Shown: piece by piece, positions 26,928 through 34,386 of the stretch
How the letters are laid out: the number at the start of each line of letters is the position of its first letter
Position numbering within the stretch: the first letter of the stretch is position 1
Assembly: GCA_934667795.1 (NCBI GenBank)
Contig: CAKUMP010000002.1
Location: 1 to 40,321 of the forward strand
Direction of reading: 5' to 3'
Origin: an uncultured Chthoniobacterales bacterium
Lineage (GTDB): Bacteria; Verrucomicrobiota; Verrucomicrobiia; Chthoniobacterales; CAKUMP01
DNA length: 40,321 bases
The notes under the pieces: generated by a model
What the model was told of the DNA's origin: nothing
The model's database searches: none
Seen by the model: only the letters and a program-made list of their open reading frames with translations
Made by a program: the position numbers and the translations under genes

Positions 26928-28259
26928 ATGACTCAACAAAATGAACCGGCAACATTAGCCCGTAGAATTGGTCTTTTTTCGTTAATTGTTTATGGGGTGG
27001 GGGATATGATCGGGTCCGGGATTTATGGAACGATCGGGGTCGCCGCGGGTGCAATGGGAAATGCAGTGTGGCTGGCATTTTTGATTTCGATGTTCGCGGC
27101 GATGCTGACCGGCCTTTCGTATGCCTCGCTGGGATCCCGCTACCCGAAAGCAGGGGGAGCGTCGTATGTGATGCAGCGTGCATTTAAACGTCCGTTTTTA
27201 TCGTATGTGGTCGGGCTGGCGGTGGCGGCCTCCGGTTTAACTTCAATGGCGGCAGCAGCAAATGTTTTTGCAAGTACGTTAATTCCGGTTTTTCCTGAGG
27301 TGCCGGTTAAAGGGATTTTGATTGGCTTTGTGGTTCTTTTGGCAGTGGTGAACCTGGTCGGGATTAAAGAGTCGATGCGGATGAATCTTATTTGTACCGC
27401 AGTGGAAGTCGGGGGGCTCATTTTTATTATTATAGTAGGAGCAAAATACTGGGGAAATGTCGATTATCTGGAAGTGCCGGATGGTGCCAGTCTGACAGCT
27501 CCCCTGTTGCTGGGTGGGGCAGTTCTGACTTTTTATTCGTTTGTTGGATTTGAAGACATGATCAATGTCAGTGAAGAGGTGAAAAATCCGGAACGCAACA
27601 TGCCCAAAGGGATTCTGTATGCATTGTTGATTGCAACGGTGTTGTATATGGCGATCAGCATCACCGCGGTTTCGGTAGTGCCATATACAGATCTGGCAAA
27701 TCCTGAAAAGGGGGCGCCACTGGTACAGTTGACCGGAATTGCTTCTCCCTGGTTACCGGGTTGGGTGTTTGGTGCTATTACCCTGTTTGCGGTGGCAAAT
27801 ACGGCATTGCTGAATTACATCATGAGTTCCCGAATGTTGTATGGGATGTCGAACCAGAAATTGCTTCCAGATACTTTTGGAAAAGTGCATGTAAGGTTTC
27901 GCACTCCGTACATGGCGATTTTATTCCTGGGAGGCGTGGTTTTGATTTTGGCTTTGATTGGAAATATTGCACAACTGGCATCGGCAACCAGCCTGCTTTT
28001 GCTGGCATGTTTTTGTTTAGTGAATGCGGCTCTGGTCATCTTGCAACGGCGTGAAGGGGAGCCACCTGGACGTCTGGAAATCCCGGCATTTATTCCGGTA
28101 TTAGGGTTCCTGGTCTGTGGAGGATTGATTTTTGCACGGGTAACTGCACCCAACGCAGAACCGAGAGCCCCCTTCATTGCCCTCGGACTGGTCGTGTTGA
28201 TTTCCATCGTCTATTACTTCATGCGCCCGGCCGAAGTCCTGAAAACCATGGGGAAATAA
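26928..28259 (+). CDS. APC-superfamily amino acid permease
   Basis: The 443-aa product has 12 TM helices and the N-terminus LFSLIVYGVGDMIGSGIYGTIG, typical of APC transporters. Confidence 0.9.
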   Translation: MTQQNEPATLARRIGLFSLIVYGVGDMIGSGIYGTIGVAAGAMGNAVWLAFLISMFAAMLTGLSYASLGSRYPKAGGASYVMQRAFKRPFLSYVVGLAVAASGLTSMAAAANVFASTLIPVFPEVPVKGILIGFVVLLAVVNLVGIKESMRMNLICTAVEVGGLIFIIIVGAKYWGNVDYLEVPDGASLTAPLLLGGAVLTFYSFVGFEDMINVSEEVKNPERNMPKGILYALLIATVLYMAISITAVSVVPYTDLANPEKGAPLVQLTGIASPWLPGWVFGAITLFAVANTALLNYIMSSRMLYGMSNQKLLPDTFGKVHVRFRTPYMAILFLGGVVLILALIGNIAQLASATSLLLLACFCLVNAALVILQRREGEPPGRLEIPAFIPVLGFLVCGGLIFARVTAPNAEPRAPFIALGLVVLISIVYYFMRPAEVLKTMGK

Positions 28260-28287
28260 TTCCCCGGGAGCACCGACGTCCCACAAA

Positions 28288-28673
28288 CTTTGGAGTGCGG
28301 CGGTTCCCGCCGATTTGGATCATATCGGATGGGACATGCGAAAACAGTTTAAGTAATCGTAACTCTCGGATCGTTCGAGTCAAAGTATCGCAGGGGGCGC
28401 CTTCCAAACATTGCGTTTTTAAAGTCGGATTTGTGCTAATTCAGAAAATATATCTGGAACCACTCTTGTCCAAAACCCTTAAAAATCACCGTTCTAGATT
28501 ACCCTTACAGGGTTTATTCTGTTGTTCCGCCAGACCCAGGGCGTTGTCCTGGTCTGACATAGGTTGCCCCTTCAGGGCACTGCTGTTCGAAGGATACGTG
28601 AGGCGGAAAAAATAAAAATTTACAGATTTATTTTGTTACAATCCAAGGCGGCGGAAACTGTCGCACCCAAAAA
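28288..28673. mobile_element. 386-nt non-autonomous element bounded by ~32-nt imperfect inverted termini; its left 120 nt are homologous to the element at 20283-20402
   Basis: The left end is TTTGGAGTGCGGCGGTTCCCGCCGATTTGGAT. The reverse complement of the right end (28641-28673) is TTTTTGGGTGCGACAGTTTCCGCCGCCTTGGAT. After a 1-nt gap, 21/26 positions match in the core. Internal hairpins lie at 28531-28556 (CAGACCCAGG...CCTGGTCTG) and 28566-28580. Confidence 0.45.
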
Positions 28674-28674
28674 T

Positions 28675-28753
28675 CTGCCGACGAGGACGTCGGCGTATCC
28701 AGGAAAAAAAGCGACCAGCAAGAAGACCTGCCGACGGGGACGTTAGCGTTCCC
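28675..28753 (+). repeat. two copies of a 26-nt hairpin repeat, CTGCCGACGRGGACGTYRGCGTWYCC
   Basis: Unit 1 is 28675-28700 (stem GCCGACG/CGTCGGC, loop AGGA). Unit 2 is 28728-28753. The same family occurs in reverse orientation at 40067-40130. Confidence 0.7.
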
Positions 28754-28758
28754 GGTAC

Positions 28759-28793
28759 AAAAAAAGGCAGGTTCAGGAATGCCTGAACCTGCC
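28759..28793 (-). terminator. Rho-independent terminator of the pseudopilin-like gene
   Basis: A perfect 12-bp stem, GGCAGGTTCAGG/CCTGAACCTGCC (28766-28793), has a 4-nt loop. On the minus strand it is followed by a run of 7 T (28759-28765). It lies 35 nt downstream of the stop at 28828. Confidence 0.8.
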
Positions 28794-28827
28794 ACTTAGG
28801 GGGAAATTTGTAAGAACTTTTTCCTGC

Positions 28828-29556
28828 TTATTCAGCGGGGTTAAGAACTTCTGTTGAGCTGGACAACCAGGGGTTATCTACGTCAGTGTCTTGAACGAAT
28901 GCATTTTTCGTTCTGTCTCCCTTACGTGGGACGTAGTAAGTTGCACCATCATCTTCTGTGACGGTGTTTTCTACCGTGCCGGAAGTATCAGCATAAATCA
29001 CGATTGCTTTTTTACCTGCCCAGACACCGCCTTTTTCACCTGTATTACTGGTGTAAGTGGGGTCTGTTTCGGTGCCACTTGCAAAACCGTCTGCGATGAG
29101 CGGCCAGGAAGGGTTGGAAGTATCGTTAAGTCCCATGACATAAGCAAAATGGTTTTCACCTACTTCAAGAGTTTCACCGGTATTGGTATAGCTTTCGAAA
29201 GTTCTTTTGGTGTTGTTATCAGGAGTGGTGGGGGACCATTCTGATTTAGCAACAGCGAAAATCGTTTCACTCGGGATATAGTCAGGGATTAACGCAGCAA
29301 ATGCCTGGTTGGAATTCGCTGGAGTTCCTGCAGCACTTGGTACGTTTGTTCTTGGGAAAACCCCATCGTTATCGATTGCGAACATTTTCATAGCCAATGC
29401 GATCTGTTTCGCATGTGCCAGGGCTTTGGTTTGCTGTCCGCGTTCCGTTACGTTGTTATAAACCGGAAGAGCGATCCCTGCGAGAATCGCGATGATGGTG
29501 ATCACCACGAGCAACTCAATCAAGGTAAACGCTTTTAAGGCATTAGACTTTTTCAT
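28828..29556 (-). CDS. prepilin-type N-terminal cleavage/methylation-domain protein (type II secretion pseudopilin-like)
   Basis: The N-terminus MKKSNALKAFTLIELLVVITIIAILAGIALPVY is followed by AKQIALAMKMFAIDNDGVFP, typical of the large Verrucomicrobia/PVC pseudopilin-like family. Confidence 0.85.
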   Translation of the reverse strand: MKKSNALKAFTLIELLVVITIIAILAGIALPVYNNVTERGQQTKALAHAKQIALAMKMFAIDNDGVFPRTNVPSAAGTPANSNQAFAALIPDYIPSETIFAVAKSEWSPTTPDNNTKRTFESYTNTGETLEVGENHFAYVMGLNDTSNPSWPLIADGFASGTETDPTYTSNTGEKGGVWAGKKAIVIYADTSGTVENTVTEDDGATYYVPRKGDRTKNAFVQDTDVDNPWLSSSTEVLNPAE

Positions 29557-29574
29557 GATATTATTAAAGGTTAA

Positions 29575-29602
29575 ATTCTATGGCGAATTACAGTTATTGC
29601 AA
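29575..29602 (-). promoter_or_regulatory. sigma70-like promoter TTGCAA-16 nt-TAGAAT for the pseudopilin-like gene
   Basis: On the minus strand the -35 TTGCAA is at 29602-29597 and the -10 TAGAAT is at 29580-29575. The ATG is at 29556. Confidence 0.45.
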
Positions 29603-29630
29603 TTGCTACCTGAGAACACCATCGCACCTG

Positions 29631-29649
29631 TTTGTTACTGCTTTGTTAC
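29631..29649 (-). promoter_or_regulatory. direct repeat TTTGTTAC-TGC-TTTGTTAC (11-bp phasing), a candidate OmpR/PhoB-type response-regulator box
   Basis: Two perfect 8-mers start 11 bp apart. They lie 28 nt upstream of the putative -35 and 23 nt downstream of the adjacent RR gene stop. Confidence 0.4.
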
Positions 29650-29671
29650 CGCCAGGCAGATTTTCTTTTTT

Positions 29672-30361
29672 TTACGGTGTAAAAGAGTACCCGACCTCAC
29701 GAATGGTGTGAATATAGGTCGGAGTATGGGGGTTCGGCTCGATTTTATTACGAAGAGTGGTGACAAATCGGTCGATGGATCTCGGGGTGACATCGGAATG
29801 GTGCCCCCAGACTTCGTTGAGGATGGTGTCGCGAGAGAGTGCGCGACCTTTATTTTCGAGAAAAAAACGCAGAAGATCGAACTCTTTGGGGGAGAGCTTG
29901 ATGGGAGAATCTTCGTGAAGCAGGGTTCGAGAAGAGATATCGAGTGTGAAATTACCGAATTTGAGGGTGGTTGGAAGGTGAGATCGGTGCCGCCGGATCA
30001 GTGCCTGGCAGCGTGCCAGAAGTTCACGGATACTAAAGGGTTTTGTCATGTAATCATCCGCCCCCAACTGAAGCCCGCGGATTAAATCCTCTTCCTCATC
30101 TTTCGCGGTGAGCATCAGAATGGGAGTGGTGATTTTCGAGGAGCGAAGGAATTTCAGGATTTCATATCCATTTGCCCGTGGAAGCATGACATCGAGCAGA
30201 ATCAGGTCAAATTTCTGGGTCAGTGCAATATCGATAGCAGACTCTCCATCGGCGATTGTGGTGACGGAATGCCCATAATTTTCGAAACTATCCTTGAGTC
30301 CACGCAGGATAGCTGGGTCGTCTTCAACAATTAAAACGTGGAAAGAAAGGTTATGAGGCAT
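29672..30361 (-). CDS. OmpR/PhoB-family response regulator (REC plus winged helix)
   Basis: The REC domain shows LIVEDDPAILRGL, DLILLDVMLP (phospho-Asp) and LMLTAKD. The winged helix shows LSPKEFDLLRFFLENKGRALSRDTILNEVWG and IHTIREVGYSF. Confidence 0.92.
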   Translation of the reverse strand: MPHNLSFHVLIVEDDPAILRGLKDSFENYGHSVTTIADGESAIDIALTQKFDLILLDVMLPRANGYEILKFLRSSKITTPILMLTAKDEEEDLIRGLQLGADDYMTKPFSIRELLARCQALIRRHRSHLPTTLKFGNFTLDISSRTLLHEDSPIKLSPKEFDLLRFFLENKGRALSRDTILNEVWGHHSDVTPRSIDRFVTTLRNKIEPNPHTPTYIHTIREVGYSFTP

Positions 30362-31919
30362 GGCGAGAAGAGTTGGTTACAGGAGCAGAAGCAGAGTGGA
30401 CAGGAAATGAAATGGAAAATGTACTTCCTGACCCGGGCGTGCTGGTCACCTGGATCGACGCATGATGATGGCGGACAATATGTTGAACGATAGAAAGTCC
30501 GAGTCCACAGCCTTCCTGTGAGCGTGAGAGGCGGGAATCGAGTTGATGAAAAGGGAGAAAGATTTGGGAAATTTCGTTTTCCGGGATGCCGATCCCCTGG
30601 TCCTGGATGGTGATGTGAACATGCGTGGGAGTAACTTCTGAAGCAAGCGAGATAATGGGGGGGGGCGTGGAATATTTGAGTGCGTTTTCGAGCAGGTTTA
30701 CAAAGAGCGTGGTGAGAGATTCGGTGTGACCGAGGACGGGCGGGAGGTCGGAAGAAACATTTAAAGAAAACTGACAATGTGGCGGTCCAAGCTGGATATG
30801 AAGAGACTCAACGGCCAGTTGGATGGGGTCGTAGAGATTCAGAGGTTGAAGATCAGGGGCAAAAAGACCGGATTCCATACGGGCATGGGTAAGAAAATTC
30901 TGAACGATGCGTGAGATACGGGTGTTTTCGTGCAGCATCAGGTCGAGATAATCCTGGATCTGGGATTGGGAGGGATTGGGGGTATCCTTGAGAGTTTCAA
31001 GTAAAAGCCGGATAGACGTGACAGGCGTTTTGAGTTCGTGTGCGACAGAAGCAATCGTGGAATTACGCAGTTCATGGAGTTTGATTTGTTTGGAAATAGC
31101 ATGCCCTGCCAGGAGGGCAACCAGCAGGATAATGACCAGTAGCCCGACCGCAAAGGAGAGATAAAACTGGGTTTGCTGCCAGAAAGATTGTTTGAGAAGT
31201 CCGGTTTGGGAGGGGAAAATAGCAACTTCCCAGCCAGGGAGTACATGCGAGAGGTTCTGAGAAGCCAGTGGCTGTCGGGAAATGGAGGAATTTTTGGTGG
31301 GAGTATTCAGGTTGGTGGAAACCACAATCTGTACATCGCTGCCAAGTGCGGAACGGTAAAATTCCTCTACGACTTCAATCAAAGTGGCTTCTTGTCGGAG
31401 GCAAATGAAAAGGTGCTGGTCGGTAAAAAGCGCCATGCCGAAAACAGTTTGCATGCCCGGCAGTTTTTTCCATGTATTAGGAGGCCATGAGAGCAGTGGT
31501 GATGCCGAAGGAAGGCGCTCTAGACGGCTTTGAGAAAGTAGCAGCGCATCCTTTAGTTTGGTTGCTGCAAAAATGGGCGGTGGCGATGCCGGAAAAACGG
31601 CCGATTCGTCTTCCAGCGAAAAAACCAGCAGCCCATCCATATAAAAATTCTGGACTGCAGACTGAAAGACTTTTTCAGGGGGAGCGTCCAGTTTTAGGGG
31701 GAGGGTTTCGGTAAGAAGGCGATTTTGAAGGAAATTTCCTAATGTGCTTAAATGCGCGGAATAAAGTGGGGTGAGGCGTTCGCGAATATCATGCTGCTCA
31801 GACAATGTTGCTTCGATCATAAACCGGATCGCAATTGCCGTCGGAAAAAGCGGAAGCAATACCAGAAGCAGGATGAGTGCGCGAAGTTGTCGAGGTTTGA
31901 TTTGATAATCGGAAGCCAC
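30351..31919 (-). CDS. sensor histidine kinase with a ~200-aa periplasmic sensor domain
   Basis: It has an H-box (SVAHELKTPVTSI), an N-box (NLLENALKYS), G1 (IQDQGIGIP) and G2 (GCGLGLSIV), plus two TM segments. The start is GTG, and the gene overlaps the RR gene by 11 nt. Confidence 0.88.
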   Translation of the reverse strand: MASDYQIKPRQLRALILLLVLLPLFPTAIAIRFMIEATLSEQHDIRERLTPLYSAHLSTLGNFLQNRLLTETLPLKLDAPPEKVFQSAVQNFYMDGLLVFSLEDESAVFPASPPPIFAATKLKDALLLSQSRLERLPSASPLLSWPPNTWKKLPGMQTVFGMALFTDQHLFICLRQEATLIEVVEEFYRSALGSDVQIVVSTNLNTPTKNSSISRQPLASQNLSHVLPGWEVAIFPSQTGLLKQSFWQQTQFYLSFAVGLLVIILLVALLAGHAISKQIKLHELRNSTIASVAHELKTPVTSIRLLLETLKDTPNPSQSQIQDYLDLMLHENTRISRIVQNFLTHARMESGLFAPDLQPLNLYDPIQLAVESLHIQLGPPHCQFSLNVSSDLPPVLGHTESLTTLFVNLLENALKYSTPPPIISLASEVTPTHVHITIQDQGIGIPENEISQIFLPFHQLDSRLSRSQEGCGLGLSIVQHIVRHHHASIQVTSTPGSGSTFSISFPVHSASAPVTNSSRHAS

Positions 31920-31935
31920 AGTGCAAAAAAACGGA

Positions 31936-34158
31936 TTATTTTAGGGGTGCGTCAGGTGAAGGGTCGGGTTCCGGGCGGAAAACGACTGCCCCGAGGGGAG
32001 GAAGGACAACTTCGATCGAATAGGCCTGCCCCTGCCAGGGAATAGGGTCGGCCGTGGAACCCCCAAGGTTGCCAACGTTTGATCCATCATAAAGCGCCGA
32101 ATCCGTATTGAGCACTTCCTGGTAAAAGCCCGGAAGCGGAACGCCAACACGATAGGAGTCACGGACGACCGGCGTGGCATTTAATAAAACGACCAGTGGC
32201 GACCCGGATCGGGATTTTCGAAGAAAAGAAAAGACGGAGTTGGCAGAATCGTGCAGGTCAATCCATTCAAACCCTTCAGAGTCGTGGTCGCTTTCATGCA
32301 ACGATGGCTCCCGACGATACAACGCATTGAGGTCGGCAATCAGACGCGAAATCCCTTGATGACGCGCATGCGACAGCAAATGCCAGTCGAGGCTCTGGTT
32401 GTGATTCCATTCTGCAAATTGTGCAAATTCTCCACCCTGGAAAAGCAGTTTTTTCCCGGGATGTAAAAACATCCACCCGAAGAAAAGCCGAAGGTTGGCA
32501 AATTTCTGCCAAAGATCACCAGGCATTTTCTGAATCAAAGAGTTTTTCCCATGCACGACCTCATCATGGCTCAAGACCAGAATGAAATTTTCATGAAAAG
32601 CATAAATGAGGGAAAAAGTCATATCCCCGTGATGGTAACACCGATGCACAGGATCTTTTTCAATGTACTGCAACGAATCGTTCATCCACCCCATGTTCCA
32701 TTTGAACCCGAAACCGAGGCCGCCAAGGTAGGTGGGCTGTGTTACCCCCTGCCAGGCAGTGGATTCTTCCGCCATGGTCAAAATGCCCGGAAAACGCGCG
32801 TAACAATGTTCGTTCAGTTCCTTGAGAAACTGGATGGCTCCCAGGTTTTCACGCCCCCCATGGATATTCGGAATCCAGGCACCATTTTCTCTGGAATAAT
32901 CCAGATAAAGCATCGAGGCAACCGCATCGACCCGAAGCCCATCAATGTGATATTGATCCAGCCAGAAGAGTGCATTTGCGATAAGAAAATTGCGCACTTC
33001 GTGCCGATCGTAGTTAAAAATGAGCGTTCCCCAGTCCTGGTGTTCGCCCTGACGCGGGTCTGCATGTTCATAGAGGTGGGACCCGTCAAAACGCGCCAGC
33101 CCATGCGCGTCTTTCGGGAAATGCGCAGGAACCCAGTCCATCAAAACCCCAATCCCGTTCTGATGACAAAGATCAATGAACGCACGAAAGTCATCCGGGG
33201 ATCCAAAACGGCTGGTCGGCGCATAATATCCCGTGACCTGGTACCCCCAGGAACCGTCAAATGGATGCTCCGCTACCCCCATGAGCTCAATATGCGTAAA
33301 ACCAAGTTCCTTGACATAAGGAATCAGGCGTTCCCCAAGCTCAGACCAGGTGAGCCATCGGTTGTTTTCATCCGGAACACGCGCCCAGGATCCAGGATGC
33401 ATTTCATAGATGCTGATCGGCTCCCGATGCGGTTCCGCTTGCAGGCGTTTTTCCATCCAGGCGTCATCATTCCATTTATACTGAGAAAGGTCATAAACCA
33501 GGGATGCGGTCTGCAGCCCGTGCTGACTAAAAAAGGCAAATGGGTCGCTTTTTAATAAAACTTCCCCGTCTTTTGTCCGGATCTCAAATTTGTAATGAGT
33601 ATGGACAGGAACATCAGGGATGAAAATTTCCCAGACGCCGGCATTGATACGATTTCGCATGGGGTGGATGCGTCCATCCCATTGGTTAAAATCGGCAACG
33701 ACGCTGACACGAGAAGCATTGGGTGCCCAGACGGAAAAATGAACGCCCGTGGTTTTTCCAATAGAAATGATTTGTGCTCCGAATTTGCGATAAAGTTCCA
33801 GTTGGGTCCCTTCACAAAAAAGATACAGGTCGGTTTCTGTAAGCACAGGGGGGAAAGAAAACGGGTCCTGTATTTCCTGCGAACTGCCGTCAGGAAAATG
33901 AAGTCTCAAGCGGTAAGAAACAGGCGTTTTAGAGTCAATGGAAAGTAAAAACACCCCGGAAGATGACGCGCGATGCATTGGCAGTTCCTTGCCATGGGTA
34001 TCATCCAGCACTTCCACTTTACTTGCAGAAGGTTGAAATGTCCGGATAATCTGATGGTTTTCCTGACCAGGGTGTTGGCCAAGATAACAAAACGGATCCG
34101 GATGTCGGGCTTGTTCCAACCAGGTGATATCTTGGGGCGAATCGGGTGCCTGCCTCAT
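31936..34158 (-). CDS. glgB: 1,4-alpha-glucan branching enzyme (GH13)
   Basis: GH13 conserved regions are present: DWVPAHF, GLRVDAVASMLY, MAEEST and LSHDEVVHGK, with a CBM48-like N-terminal region. The track start at 34197 is a TTG; the first ATG is at 34158 (MRQAPDSPQD). Confidence 0.92.
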   Translation of the reverse strand: MRQAPDSPQDITWLEQARHPDPFCYLGQHPGQENHQIIRTFQPSASKVEVLDDTHGKELPMHRASSSGVFLLSIDSKTPVSYRLRLHFPDGSSQEIQDPFSFPPVLTETDLYLFCEGTQLELYRKFGAQIISIGKTTGVHFSVWAPNASRVSVVADFNQWDGRIHPMRNRINAGVWEIFIPDVPVHTHYKFEIRTKDGEVLLKSDPFAFFSQHGLQTASLVYDLSQYKWNDDAWMEKRLQAEPHREPISIYEMHPGSWARVPDENNRWLTWSELGERLIPYVKELGFTHIELMGVAEHPFDGSWGYQVTGYYAPTSRFGSPDDFRAFIDLCHQNGIGVLMDWVPAHFPKDAHGLARFDGSHLYEHADPRQGEHQDWGTLIFNYDRHEVRNFLIANALFWLDQYHIDGLRVDAVASMLYLDYSRENGAWIPNIHGGRENLGAIQFLKELNEHCYARFPGILTMAEESTAWQGVTQPTYLGGLGFGFKWNMGWMNDSLQYIEKDPVHRCYHHGDMTFSLIYAFHENFILVLSHDEVVHGKNSLIQKMPGDLWQKFANLRLFFGWMFLHPGKKLLFQGGEFAQFAEWNHNQSLDWHLLSHARHQGISRLIADLNALYRREPSLHESDHDSEGFEWIDLHDSANSVFSFLRKSRSGSPLVVLLNATPVVRDSYRVGVPLPGFYQEVLNTDSALYDGSNVGNLGGSTADPIPWQGQAYSIEVVLPPLGAVVFRPEPDPSPDAPLK

Positions 34159-34386
34159 ATAAAAGTATAACCTACCGAAACCCGCTCGCGGAGGCAATCT
34201 AATTCAGGAGGGCGGCGGCACATCGCTCTAAAAATCTGGCTGAAAAGTGTCTCAACCCTCCCAAATTAACAAAAATGCGGGGGGAGGCTTTTAATTTGAT
34301 TGGAATATGGATGGTAATTGTTATATTGACGGAATATATTCAGAGAAATTAAGTGTAACCTGACAAGAAAAACCGATTTTGAAGTT

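Noticed and set aside
26802-26939. An N-terminal extension of the MRJP-like ORF (track start 26939).
   Set aside because: It would overlap the divergent APC permease start (26928). The extension is a poly-Phe/Ser translation of a polypurine tract, whereas the ATG at 26801 gives a canonical signal peptide.
28295-28746. ORFs of 106 aa (28295-28615) and 60 aa (28564-28746) in the long intergenic region.
   Set aside because: They read straight through the dispersed hairpin repeats (peptides such as RRFPPIWI, PRALSWSD and LPTRTSAYP). Related repeats elsewhere in the window lie in non-coding DNA, and in either orientation. I treat these ORFs as repeat translation artefacts.
32551-33555. A 334-aa plus-strand ORF.
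   Set aside because: It lies entirely antisense to glgB, whose GH13 motifs fully explain the region. It has no recognisable domain and an odd composition, which is typical of a shadow ORF.
34159-34197. A TTG-start extension of glgB. The TTG start of abiEi at 2185 is a similar case.
   Set aside because: The track translates alternative starts as M. The first ATG codons (34158 and 2170) are more conservative choices, but neither can be proven from sequence alone.
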